Source: Macrostomum hystrix
Lineage: Eukaryota; Animalia; Platyhelminthes
Assembly (NCBI GenBank): GCA_950097015.1
Contig: CATNEN010000010.1
Location: 1,116,001-1,180,000 of the forward strand
DNA length: 64,000 nucleotides
Direction: 5' to 3'
The position numbers and the translations under genes are program-made. Below are positions 21,461 through 34,100 of the stretch, in pieces. Under the pieces are notes generated by a model. The model was not told where the DNA came from and ran no database searches. It saw only the letters and a list, made by a program, of their open reading frames with translations. Within the stretch, counting starts at the first letter, position 1; every line of letters starts with the position of its first letter.

Positions 21461-21837
21461 CTTCTGCGACAGAAAGGGCCCCGGAAGCGACAACTGCTTT
21501 TTAAGTTCAGGCAGTGAGGTAGTAGTTCTGTAAAGTACTTTAAGAGTACTTTGGGTACACAAAAGTAAAATCAGGGATAGTGATAGAGCTTTTTAGATTG
21601 AGCGCATTAAGATGAGATGAAATGTGATCAAATTACGAGCCTGAATTTTTTGAAACCCTCAGCGTAAGAGTGTCGTCAGATCTTTTGAATAGAAAATGCT
21701 TTGCCAAAGAGATTGTGGAATTAAATTACATCTATGTAAATAATTATATCTAAGACATCAACTAATCTGCCAGCTCAAACACAAGCAATAATCCATTTAC
21801 TCAGGATACCTGGATGACTGGCGGGGAAAAACTCCAC

Positions 21838-22135
21838 ATCAATCCTCTTATCTCTATCCACTAGTGCCCCTCCGATTGGCTGAGGGAAGAATAACTCCAC
21901 CTCAATCCTCTTATCTCTATCCACTAGTGCCCCTCCGATTGGCTGAGGGAAGAATAACTCACCTCAATCCTCTTATCTCTATCCACTAGTGCCCCTCCGA
22001 TTGGCTGAGGGAAGAATAACTCCACCTCAATCCTCTTATCTCTATCCACTAGTGCCCCTCCGATTGGCTGAGGGAAGAATAACTCACCTCAATCCTCTTA
22101 TCTCTATCCACTAGTGCCCCTCAGATTGGCTGACG
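21838..22135. repeat. ~63-bp tandem repeat, 4-5 copies
   Basis: Unit aatcctcttatctctatccactagtgcccctccgattggctgagggaagaataactccacctc. Confidence 0.88.
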
Positions 22136-23984
22136 GGGAGCTACCCCACCTCTCCATAAAACTAATATAAAACTACTAGTTCAAATCAGTTTGTATCTGT
22201 AGCTTCTTTGTGAATTAAAATTAAAATAATACAGAAAGTACCTGAAACTGAACTTGTTTCTTTCTAAACTTATCTTAAATCCGAAGCATTTAGAGCCAAA
22301 CAATCCAAGGATTAAGCAATCGCGTCGCAGCGGCCTTCTCGCATCTGACGAGCTCCATCTGCATCTGCCATCGCCTGTGCGCGGCTCACAGGAATTAATT
22401 ACTCGTCAATCGGATAAATCTACCCGCGAGAGGATGAGCTCGCTCTGCACCTGTCACGCAGTTCCTATTGCTTGAAGAGAGCAGCAGCTGGGCCGGGGGG
22501 GCGTTCGCTTCAGCGGATGCACAAAATGGCCTGATGCACAATGAGACGTAAAGACGATGTGAGCAAAGCCTGAGCAAGGCGAGCAGCTCCCGGCAAAAGC
22601 TGCTCTCGATAGCAGTAGCTAAGCTGAATAAAAACAAAATTATAGGGCCTAGTTGCTCGATAGAACTGTTTTGCAGGCGATGAAGTGTGAGAAGAGAAGC
22701 CGGTGAAATCACCGTACGCCATAGATAGCTATTCTCACAGGCGCGGATCGCTAAAAGTTTTGTATCGCGAATGATTAGCCATCTGATTGGCTTCACGGAT
22801 TCATAGGCCTTTTTAGCTTGGTTGTTCTAGTTGGTTTAGTTATTTCTCCATCCAAACCCCCCACCAATCAACATCTGCCCCAGACACCAAATTTTCTACC
22901 CCTTCCAACTATCTAAAATGCTCCGATAGTGTACAAATCCACCACCCCAATAGAATCTCTGCCCTTTAGCGCACTCTGATTGGTTGCAAATTTTGTCGGC
23001 TTAATTTTACTATAACAAGCTTTTTCTATAATAAGCTTGAAAGAATTATTTTATTCTCAATTTTAATGAAAAAAAAACAAAAGAGGAGTACGAGTGAAAA
23101 CTTTTAAAAATAGTTGCTGTATATTAATCATTTTACAAGGGATATGAGTAACTAAGGTGGCTAAGAGAAAGCCAGCAGTTGTTATAGCAAAGCATAAAAT
23201 AATTTTTGCGATTTCATTTCCGCTAACTAAAGCAATAGAATACTCCAGGTTGACATTGTCCTGTCTGCCCTGCTCTGGCGCAATATCTCCATCCTTATCA
23301 GTTAACCGCAGCCAGCAAGTACATTGGTCAAAAGAGGCGGGACAACGCGACCGAAAAAATTTTTTTTTATGGGTCAGCAACATACGATAGGGCGAAGGCT
23401 GGAGTCCAGACCGCTGGACTGATGAGTCCTGCAATTAGCGACTCCTCCGTCTTTCTCACTACTCATCTCCGTCACGTTTCTGCCCACAGGGCTGCTTTAA
23501 TGATGCCCAGACACAGACACACACACCTCACACACACACACACAGGCACACAGACACACACAAACACAGACACCTCACACACACACACACACACACACAG
23601 GCAGACACGCAAGCGGAAATTGACCGCCCGGGCAGCACGGACTACTAAGTACTATCTACTAGTGGTCCTTGCCGGGCAGAGTGTAAAAAATGCCACACCA
23701 GTTCAGCAAGTTAAAATGTTAAATTTCACTCGCTTTCTGAGCTTGACTAGCCGTTGCCGAGTTCATGCCTGCTAACTTATCAGTTGCGAGAAGTTGCGAG
23801 TTAACTTCATGCCTGCTGCAATGGATTTCGCTTCGGGTTCATTCCGGATGTTGTGACTGAAAATTATTGGTTAGGGTCAAAGTTAGTGATTGTGTCATTC
23901 TTATTATTAGTGGGTCAATTGAAAATTCATAATATGGAATCATCTAGGACCATTCCATAGGACTATTCCATAAGTAGTCATCTA

Positions 23985-24142
23985 GGATTATAGAAATCAT
24001 CTAGGATTATTGGAAATCATCTGGGATTATAGGAAATCATCTAGGATTATAGTAAATCACTATCATTAGAGGAAATCATCTAGGATTATAGGAAATCATC
24101 TAGGATTATAGGAAATCATCTAGGGTTATAGGAAATCATCTA
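23985..24142. repeat. 20-bp tandem repeat (gaaatcatctaggattatag)
   Basis: Imperfect copies are visible. Confidence 0.8.
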
Positions 24143-24904
24143 TGCTTCACATCAGCCGAAAGAAACAGTGCCCAAGTCGCTGTGAAAATCGCAGTTGCTG
24201 ATCGCATTTGTTTCCGAATTGCCGGCTCAGACGGCTGAAGAGCGGATTTCCAGTCCTGAGCAGACTGAGGGCGGGGAGGAGGGTTGCGGGATGGGACATT
24301 TATCCCCGCAGCTCCGCCATGATCTGCGCCAGCAGATGCGCACAATGGAGGCGCCGTAGATATGTTAAAGGACACGAGAGGCGAACAGAAAACTGCACGG
24401 CCTGACTCGGGATCTGCAACACGAGGGGCAGCAGGTGGGCTGCTTCTAGGAGCAGAGCGGGGAGGCTTTTGAAGTTCTGCCCCCTTTGTTTCTGCAGCCC
24501 TGTCTCTCTCTCTCTGGCGCCAACAGGTGAAATTAGCGAGATGAATTATAATACTCAGCATCATAGAATAGCAGGGAGACAGAGAACAGACAGACCCGCA
24601 CGCACACACACTGTGGTTCTGTAGGTTCTGTTGGACCGATACTTATCTTCAAGGACTCAATTCGCAGCTATTTATAAAAGTGCTTTCAGTAAAGAAATAG
24701 CTACACAAAAAGGCAGCACTGGCCCACAAGTGCTTGCCCTCAAATCATGACGTCATTGCTCTCATCAAATTCCATAGGCAGCTGGCAGCATTTTTTCAAC
24801 TGGCCCAATAGCAATACCCACTTGACAACCTTGCCAAGCTAAACCATGAGATTTGTGCTCGAATGCATTGATATAGCATCCGCTGACACAACTGTCTGTA
24901 CTGT

Positions 24905-25945
24905 CGGGCAGACCCTGAAACACCTGCCAGTTGTGTCTGTAGTGTCCGTGCAGGCCCTGACACACCTGCCTGTAGTGTCCCTGCAGGACCTGACACACCT
25001 GCCTGTAGTGTCCGTGCAGGCCCTGACACACCTGCCTGTAGTGTCCCTGCAGGCCCTGACACACCTGCCTGTAGTGTCCCTGCAGGACTTGACACACCTG
25101 CCTGTAGTGTCCCTGCAGGCCCTGACACACCTGCCTGTAGTGTCCCTGCAGGACTTGACACACCTGCCTGTAGTGTCCGTGCAGGCCCTGATACACCTGC
25201 CTGTAGTGTCCCTGCAGGCCCTGACACACCTGCCTGTAGTGTCCCTGCAGGACTTGACACACCTGCCTGTAGTGTCCGTGCAGGCCCTGATACACCTGCC
25301 TGTAGTGTCCCTGCAGGACCTGACACACCTGCCTGTAGTGTCCCTGCAGGCCCTGACACACCTGCCTGTAGTGTCCGTGCAGGCCCTGACACACCTGCCT
25401 GTAGTGTCCCTGCAGGACTTGACACACCTGCCTGTAGTGTCCCTGCAGGCCCTGACACACCTGCCTGTAGTGCCCGTGCAGGGCCTGATACACCTGCCTG
25501 TAGTGTCCCTGCAGGCCCTGACACACCTGCCTGTAGTGTCCCTGCAGGACTTGACACACCTGCCTGTAGTATCCCTGCAGGCCCTGATACACCTGCCTGT
25601 AGTGTCCGTGCAGGCCCTGACACACCTGCCTGTAGTGTCCCTGCAGGACTTGACACACCTGCCTGTAGTGTCCGTGCAGGCCCTGACACACCTGCCTGTA
25701 GTGCCCGTGCAGGCCCTGATACACCTGCCTGTAGTGTCCCTGCAGGCCCTGACACACCTGCCTGTAGTGTCCCTGCAGGACTTGACACACCTGCCTGTAG
25801 TATCCCTGCAGGCCCTGATACACCTGCCTGTAGTGTCCGTGCAGGCCCTGACACACCTGCCTGTAGTGTCCCTGCAGGACTTGACACACCTGCCTGTAGT
25901 GTCCGTGCAGGCCCTGACACACCTGCCTGTAGTTTCCTGCAGACA
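24905..25945. repeat. 33-bp minisatellite (ccctgacacacctgcctgtagtgtccctgcagg)
   Basis: Directly visible. Explains the three long ORFs at 24765-25976. Confidence 0.93.
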
Positions 25946-26487
25946 CAGCTGCCTAATAGACCATTCATTAACTTAACACTGAAATGTGAACAAAAGAACA
26001 GCTTAAAAAAGCTTCACTAAAAGATTTTGCAGTGAATGCCAATTTGTTATAAATAAAGGAAGATATTTGAATATATTTGAAATTCGTGTGCGGGCTGAAT
26101 TCGATTGCATTTCCAAACACAAACATGGCAAAGGCTGGGTGACAAACAAGCATTAAGACACAGGCTATTGGCTAATGCTCGGATCACCATGGCAACACGA
26201 GTATCCAAGGTCGCAAGCGAACATGAAATAAAACATAGATTTTTGCAACAGCCAGGGGCTTTTGGACTACATCTATAAAGAATCCGAGAAACTCACTGAC
26301 CGTAGAAAAATAAATAAAGTCTCGCAATAGGCGGTTTTAACCAATCAGAGCGTAGGCAATTAGCAGAATAGCAAATTCATACTGCAGACTAGTCACGTGA
26401 CAGGCATGAGGCATTCGGAGATTTCCAGATTTGGGGATGAATAGGCAGCACAGTTAGACAGTTATCAGCGACTTCCACACACACACA

Positions 26488-26615
26488 TCTCTACCCTCTA
26501 CAGTCGTCCTCTCTACCCTCTACAGTCTTTCTCTCTACCCTTTACAGTCTTCCTCTCTACCCTCTACAGTCTTTCTCTCTACCCTCTACAGTCTTCCTCT
26601 CTACCTTCTACAGTC
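26488..26615. repeat. ~21-bp pyrimidine-rich tandem repeat
   Basis: ctctaccctctacagtct units. Confidence 0.75.
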
Positions 26616-27264
26616 TTCCCCTATACACTCAATTACATTCTCCACCCGACACTTTACATTATTCCCCTCTACTCTCTTTCTCCCATTCTAGTGTATCATT
26701 TTTTGTCTACCTTTAAGCGACTAAATTGATGAAGAACTCCGAACTATGAATTAAGCATTAAATTAATTGTAAACTGCTCGCACAAACACCAATATGACCA
26801 TCAACTTAAGATATTGTAGCGGATAAAAATACAATGACAAAAGAGCTGCTTGAACTAACAAAAAAAATTAATCACTTAATTTACCTATTTATATCTGATT
26901 CCGAATGGATTAAAATTGAAAAGATACACAAGCAAGCATATTTATTAGAATTAGGACAAGCAATAAGCATGGCAGCTATAGCTCTCTCTAAAAATGTGAA
27001 AAAATCGAGTAAACTACTCATAGAATCGGGCAGTAGTGAGTAGCGGCATCTGGAATAGTCGCTGCTATTGTGTGAAATGTTTCTTTACAAAAAATTACGA
27101 ACCGCTCAAATAAAGCGAACAAAACAGGTCAAATATACTGAAAATATGATTCTGCACCTTTGATTTCACTTGCTACCTGAATTATAATGTACTTTGGTGG
27201 CCAATCATTGGCTTCGAATCCGAGTATGAGTGATGAAGTATTTGGTCAACTTGTCAGCTGCCAT

Positions 27265-27925
27265 CAGATCTAATCTCAGTTGAATTGGGATCTAATCTCA
27301 GTTGAATTGGGATCTAATCTCAGTTGAATTGGGATCTAATCTCAGTTGAATTGGGATCTAATCTCAGTTGAATTGGGATCTAATCTCAGTTGAATTGGGA
27401 TCTAATCTCAGTTGAATTGGGATCTAATCTCAGTTGAATTGGGATCTAATCTCAGTTGAATTGGGATCTAATCTCAGTTGAATTGGGATCTAATCTCAGT
27501 TGAATTGGGATCTAATCTCAGTTGAATTGGGATCTAATCTCAGTTGAATTGGGATCTAATCTCAGTTGAATTGGGATCTAATCTCAGTTGAATTGGGATC
27601 TAATCCCAGTTGGATTGGGATCTAATCTCAGTTGAATTGGGATCTAATCTCAGTTGAATTGGGATCTAATCTCAGTTGAATTGGGATCTAATCTCAGTTG
27701 AATTGGGATCTAATCCCAGTTGAATGGGGATCTAATCCCAGTTGGATTGGGATCTAATCTCAGTTGAATTGGGATCTAATCTCAGTTGAATTGGGATCTA
27801 ATCTCAGTTGAATTGGGATCTAATCTCATTTGAATTGGGATCTAATCTCATTTGAATTGGGATCAAATTTCAGTTGAATTGGGATCTAATATTAGTTGAA
27901 CTGGGATCTAATCCCAGATGAATTC
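27265..27925. repeat. 22-bp minisatellite (gggatctaatctcagttgaatt)
   Basis: Highly homogeneous array downstream of the MAP4K stop. Confidence 0.93.
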
Positions 27926-28107
27926 CGATTTCATGACAGTAGTGTATAAATAAATTAAATTAAATATAACCTAGAAAAACAGCCGGTCTAGGGCCAAATA
28001 AAAAGTCCGATGGTTGATGCTGCATCGTTAGTATTTAAGAAAAATGGTTACAGAAATTACAGCAATTCCGGCACATTCTAACAGACCAGTTAGCTGGGTG
28101 AGGTGTG

Positions 28108-31100
28108 TCAGCTGGACAGGTGGCCAATAATGAGCATGAGGTCGCAGCTGGCCATGGGGTCGTCCGCTGGCCGACGCTCCATCACGGGATTCTGACCAGC
28201 GAAGCCGACAAATCTGTACACATGCGCCCGGTCCTCGACATCCTGGACGACCTCGCCGCCCTGGAAAGACTTGGCCTGGAAGCCGTGCTTGTAGAAGCAC
28301 AACAGGGCCTCCTCCAGGCACTGAACATTCTCAATAGTGAACTCGAAGGCCAGTGTGCCCAGCCGGTTGTTGGAGCGGGCGCGGACCAGCCCGGTGTCCA
28401 GCTGGAACACCCGCGCCAGATTGCGGTAGCACACCAGCACAAAGTTCAGCTCCAGCTGCGTCAGGCTGGTCAGCTCCACCTGAGGGACATCAGGGTGTAT
28501 GCTTGTTGGCCTGTACTGGGTGTCTGTTCTGGGAGCCCGTCTGTTCTGGGTGTCCGTCTGTCTGTCCTGGGTGTCTGTCTGTCTGTCTGTTCTGGGTGCC
28601 TGTCTGTTGTTCTGGGTGTCTGTCTGTCTGTTCTGGGTGTCCGTCTGTCTGTCCTGAGTGTCTGTCTGTCTGTTCTGGGTGTCCGTCTGTTTGTCCTCAC
28701 CTCCTCATCCAGCGCAGCCTCATCGTTGGGCCAGAGTTCGATGCTGCCATCCAGCCGGTTGAGGTCCAGCATGCGGAATCGGACGCAGGCTTCGCTGCGA
28801 CCGCGCAAGACGCCGACGCAGGCGAACGGGAGTTTGAAGCCGCTGCGAATCAGCAGCTCGAAGGTGAGTAGCGGCTGCGGCAGATCCGGGCAAGGCAGCG
28901 ATTTGAACTCCAAGAAGGTCCGCCTGGCATTGTCCCATTGGAGCAGTAGCACGGACTCAGGCAAAGCGCAGGCCAGCCAGCGCTCGGCAGTCTCCGGGTG
29001 CTTAGCGGCCGACACTCGCATGCAGCCCTTGGTGCGTGGAATCTTGGCCGAGGGTGGATTGTTGGCCAGCCGCATGGCCACGCGGCCTTTTAGCTGAAAA
29101 AATCAGGAAAAGCAATCGGCGTGAATAACTGCATCGCCGTTTGGCTAGTAAAAACCCCTCGTCATCTAATTATTGAAAGTGCAATTCTGATAATATGTTT
29201 TGACATCGGGCCCAACCTTTGATTTTGTGTCGGCGGGGAACAACTGGGCCAAGTCGTGCCGGTACAGCTGGGGGTGCCGGCCGGACAGGGAGACCAGGAT
29301 GCCGCGGTACACAAAAAGCCACAGGCAGCGCTGGCGCACCAGTAGCAGCATGGCGGGGTCGTGCAGCTGGTCCAGGCTCATGTAGTACAGGCCCTCATTG
29401 GCGCCGACAAAGATCACCTCCGTGCCGGCTTGGTTGATCCACTTGGCCACCGCGTTGATCTTCAGCGGGCAGTCCTCGAAGATCTGGCTCATGCCGGCGC
29501 CCATCTTGGTGGCCGGCCGTGGCGCGGGTGGCGGCTGCTCGGCTGGCAGCGGCGGCACCGCCATCGACACCGGGCGGGGCCGCTTGTCTGGGGCGGAGCC
29601 CGGGGAGGCTGCCACCGACGCGCCCGCGCCGGCGCCGTTCAACCTGGGTGGCGGCGGCCGGGCAGGCGGAGGATTCTTGGCGCCAGCATGCGAGCTGGTC
29701 CGCTGGGGTGGCATCGGCGGCGCGGTGTCTGAGGCATCAGCAGCAGCTCCAGATGCATCAGCGCAGAACAGCACATCGCCCGCCTAAATATTGATGGAGT
29801 CATGATGCCTTAAGTTAGCAGTGTCAAAGATGGTCAGGTGACCTCCTCTACCAGTGTCAAAGATGGGTCAGGTGACCTCCTCTATCAGCTCTATCAGTGT
29901 CAAAGATGGGTCAGGTGACCTCCTCTACCAGTGTCAAAGATGGGTCAGGTGACCTCCTCTCCCACTGTCAAAGGTGGTCAGGTGACCTCCTCTCCCAGTG
30001 TCAAAGGTGGTCAGGTGACCTCCTCTCCCAGTGTCAAAGGTGGTCAGGTGACCTCCTCTCCCAGTGTCAAAGGTGGTCAGGTGACTCAGTAATGTCATTA
30101 CGTGAAGTTAAACTCAAGAAAATGTCTAATGCACTCACTGAACCCGCAGCATCGTTCAATCTGAAAAATTAAAAATTGAATAGCTATTAAATAAACTGAA
30201 ACACTGACGCAGCAACAGCAGCCAGCAGCTCACTTGACTGTGCTACAGATTTCCGCGCTCACCGGCCGCTTCGGCTTGGCCGGCGCGACTCCGGCCGACG
30301 CCAGCGCCGCAGCCGCCGACGGCAGCTCCGAGGTCGGCGTTGTCAGGCCCCTGCGGGACGCGGGCGCACAGACAGGCTTGACAATCTGGTACAGATCGAG
30401 CAAGAACTAGCGTAGCTCTGCAGCCAACGAGTTCGCAGCTCGCTTTAAGGGCAACAAAAGAAGCAGATTTAAAGAAGGCCAACTAACAAGGCACTGATAA
30501 AATGAACAGGCAAATAAGGGAAATTTTATTATCAGTTTTCACATTAAGCTAGTGGGTAAGTTTCGCTTGCATGTTTGGCCTGCATAAACGGATACAAATT
30601 ATTAAATTGTCTAGCAATGGAATCTGCTGTGCCCCTTACTTTGCCGTGCCCAAACACAGACAGTGTGAAAATACTAGCACTGCACTAACTTCTGGGCGAC
30701 CAGACACCGGGATAATAAAAAAGTACTTGTGCTTCAACATCATAAACAATAGAATTAGTAATAAACAATACTGACAATATTATGTACTAGAGGCGATTAC
30801 ACGCATAAATTAAATACTGGCTAGGTGAAGCTTTACCTGTCTCGCAGGCAATTCTCAATGTCTTGCAACAGGTCGATGCTACAAGTGGTTAAAGAGAGAG
30901 AAGAAAGGAAAGAGAAGTAAAGAGTAGCAAAATTAACCAGCAACCTTGGCTAGCAAGTTGTTAAAATATTTGGCAAAATTGAAGTTAAGGTGAAACACGT
31001 CTAAGCCTTGAAATTTTCAATGTTAAGTCAAAGGCCTTGAAGTACTGAGGGTCACAGCCAAGCCCTGAAGGAGGGCCATGAAAGCGAAGGCCCTGAAGGA

Positions 31101-34100
31101 CTGAGTGTCACAGCCCAGGCCCTGAAGGACTGAAGGTCACAGCCCAGGCGGTTAAAGGACTGAGGGTCACAGCCCAGGCGGTTAAAGGACTGAGGGTCAC
31201 AGTCCAGGCCCTGAAGAACTGAAGGTCACAGCCCAGGCGGTTAAAGGAGTGAGGGTCACAGTCCAGGCCCTGATGGACAAAGGGTCACAGCCCAGGCGGT
31301 TAAAGGACTGAGGGTCACAGCCCAGGCCCTGAAGGAGTGAGGGTCACAGCCCAGGCCCTGAAGGAGTGAGGGTCACAGCCCAGGCCCTGAAGGAGTGAGG
31401 GTCACAGCCCAGGCCCTGAAGGAGTGAGGGTCACAGCCCAGGCCCTGAAGGAGTGAGGGTCACAGCCCAGGCCCTGATGGACAAAGGGTCACAGCCCAGG
31501 CCCTGAAGGACTGAAGGTCACAGCCCAGGCGGTTAAAGGACTGAGGGTCACAGCCCAGGCGGTTAAAGGACTGAGGGTCACAGCCCAGGCCCTGAAGGAC
31601 TGATGGTCACAGCCCAGGCCCTGAAGGAGTGAGGGTCACAGCCCAGGCCCTGATGAACAAAGGGTCACAGCCCAGGCCCTGAAGGAGTGAGGGTCACAGC
31701 CCAGGCCCTGAAGGAGTGAGGGTCACAGTCCAGGCCCTGAAGGAGTGAGGGTCACAGCCCAGGCCCTGAAGGAGTGAGGGTCACAGCCCAGGCCCTGAAG
31801 GAGTGAGGGTCACAGCCCAGGCCCTGAAGGAGTGAGGGTCACAGCCCAGGCCCTGAAGGAGTGAGGGTCACAGCCCAGGCCCTGAAGGAGTGAGGGTCAC
31901 AGTCCAGGCCCTGAAGGAGTGAGGGTCACAGCCCAGGCCCTGAAGGAGTGAGGGTCACAGCCCAGGCCCTGAAGGAGTGAGGGTCACAGCCCAGGCCCTG
32001 AAGGAGTGAGGGTCACAGCCCAGGCCCTGAAGGAGTGAGGGTCACAGTCCAGGCCCTGAAGGAGTGAGGGTCACAGCCCAGGCCCTGATGGACTGAGGGT
32101 CACAGCCCAGGCCCTGAAGGAGTGAGGGTCACAGCCCAGGCCCTGAAGGAGTGAGGGTCACAGTCCAGGCCCTGAAGGAGTGAGGGTCACAGCCCAGGCC
32201 CTGAAGGACTGATGGTCACAGCCCAGGCCCTGAAGGAGTGAGGGTCACAGCCCAGGCCCTGATGAACAAAGGGTCACAGCCCAGGCCCTGAAGGAGTGAG
32301 GGTCACAGCCCAGGCCCTGATGGACTGAGGGTCACAGCCCAGGCCCTGAAGGAGTGAGGGTCACAGCCCAGGCCCTGATGGACAAAGGGTCACAGCCCAG
32401 GCCCTGAAGGACTGAGGGTCACAGCCAAAAACTAAATTCTCGCAAACAGCTCTAATCATCGGGCCACGCCATATTGTCGGCCAGCTAAAGACTTACTCTC
32501 CAAACTGTTTCTGCTGCTGCTGTGGCTGTCGTGATGGTGGCGGAGGCGGCGGCGCCTGCTGCTGCTGCTGCTTCTCCTTGCCGGAGACGGCGACCCAGAG
32601 CCGTCCGTAGACTTCGTTATCATCGTCGTCGGCGGCAGGCCGCGGCGGCTGTGGCAGAGGCGGAGTTTTCTCACCGGCGGACCGGCGGCTGGGGATGCGG
32701 CTGGGCAGCAGTGGGGGGTTCAAGGCAGCCGAAGCCGCCACTGCCGCAGCGCCGGCGGCGACTCCTGACTCTTCGTCGTCGTCGTTTGATCCGGCGGCGA
32801 TGAGTTCGTCTAAGAGGCCGCGGCCCTGCGTGAAACGATTGGAGAGAGAAGCTATGCTGTGTGGCTGGCAGAGGTGGATGGGACATGGATTATCGATGGG
32901 TCGTGGATTATCACACTGCGCCGCGAAATAGAAGATACCATGGCTCAGAGAAGTGTCATGTCATTCGCTAAGAATGAAGGCCTATCAATTAGTCAATTGT
33001 ACTGGGCAGGAAATAATTGGCAGTCATCATAATGATGATCACCTGGTACCGGCGGCACTCCTCATGAAACTGCCTCAGCAAGGTTACGGTCAGGTGTTTG
33101 CCCAGCGCCGGATTAGACAGAAACGGATGCTCCAGCAGGTCCTGCGCCGACGGCCGATTCTTCGGATTAAGGCGCAGGGCGGTCTTGAGGAAGTCGTGTA
33201 ACTGGGCGCCCCACATCACTTTGTCGCGCAGTTTAGGCGGCCGGTAGCGACTAGTAGTCATGAGCTGCAGCGCCTTCATCGGGTGCAGGCTGAACATTGG
33301 CGGCTCCAGCTCTGCCAGCTCGATGGCAGTGATGCCAACGGCCCAGATGTCGCAGCGCTCGTCGTAGCCGCCTTTGCGACGGACGTCGGCTACCTGAAGA
33401 CCGAGATTATTAGGCAGGCGTTGCGAATTCTATTGCGAATCTATAACTGACACCCAATGAAGGAGCAGCCCTGAAGGATAAGCTGAAGAGCAGCCCTGAA
33501 GGATAAGCTGAAGAGCAGCCCTGAAGGATAAGCTGAAGAGCAGCCCTGAAGGATAAGCTGAAGAGCAGCCCTGAAGGATAAGCTGAAGAGCAGCCCTGAA
33601 GGATAAGCTGAAGAGCAGCCCTGAAGGATAAGAGGGTCGGCGGCAGAGCGGTTAACGTGTTCGCCTCTCGCACCAATCACCCTAAGCTCGATTCCGCGGC
33701 GAGGCCTCTTTTATTTGGGGCGCAGCCACGGAGAGAAGGCTTGGGGGGCTTGTCGTGCAATTTACGCCTTGAGGGCCAACCTCCAAGGCACAGTGAGAGT
33801 GTGCACTGCCTGACGATGAGAAAGTCAGGGCAGATGTACACACCTATGTGAACGTGTGCCTGCGTACAGTATCTGTGTGCGTGTGTGCTCAGGAGTCAGC
33901 GAAATAGGCAGATCCTCGCTGGCTGCGGGTCTAGTGTCACCAGATGATGTGCCATTGCCCACAGCCCTCCTGCGATTATTATTAATAACCCTGAAGGATA
34001 TGCTGAAGAGCAGCCCTGAAGGATATGCTGAAGAGCAGCCCTGAAGGATATGCTGAAGAGCAGCCCTGAAGGATATGCTGAAGACAAGCCTTAAGGACGG

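Noticed and set aside
20253-21533. 426-aa Cys-rich (CCDSSYGS)n ORF resembling keratin-associated or metallothionein proteins
   Set aside because: It is a 24/21-bp minisatellite with no ATG start or signal peptide; open frames are expected when unit length is a multiple of 3.
22254-24609. GC-richer patches and short ORFs (22254-22796, 24136-24609) as an unannotated gene
   Set aside because: No recognisable motif and no phase-consistent exon chain could be built. They may be UTR or regulatory sequence.
24765-25976. Three overlapping 376-393-aa ORFs
   Set aside because: A 33-bp tandem repeat open on both strands, with no non-repetitive coding context.
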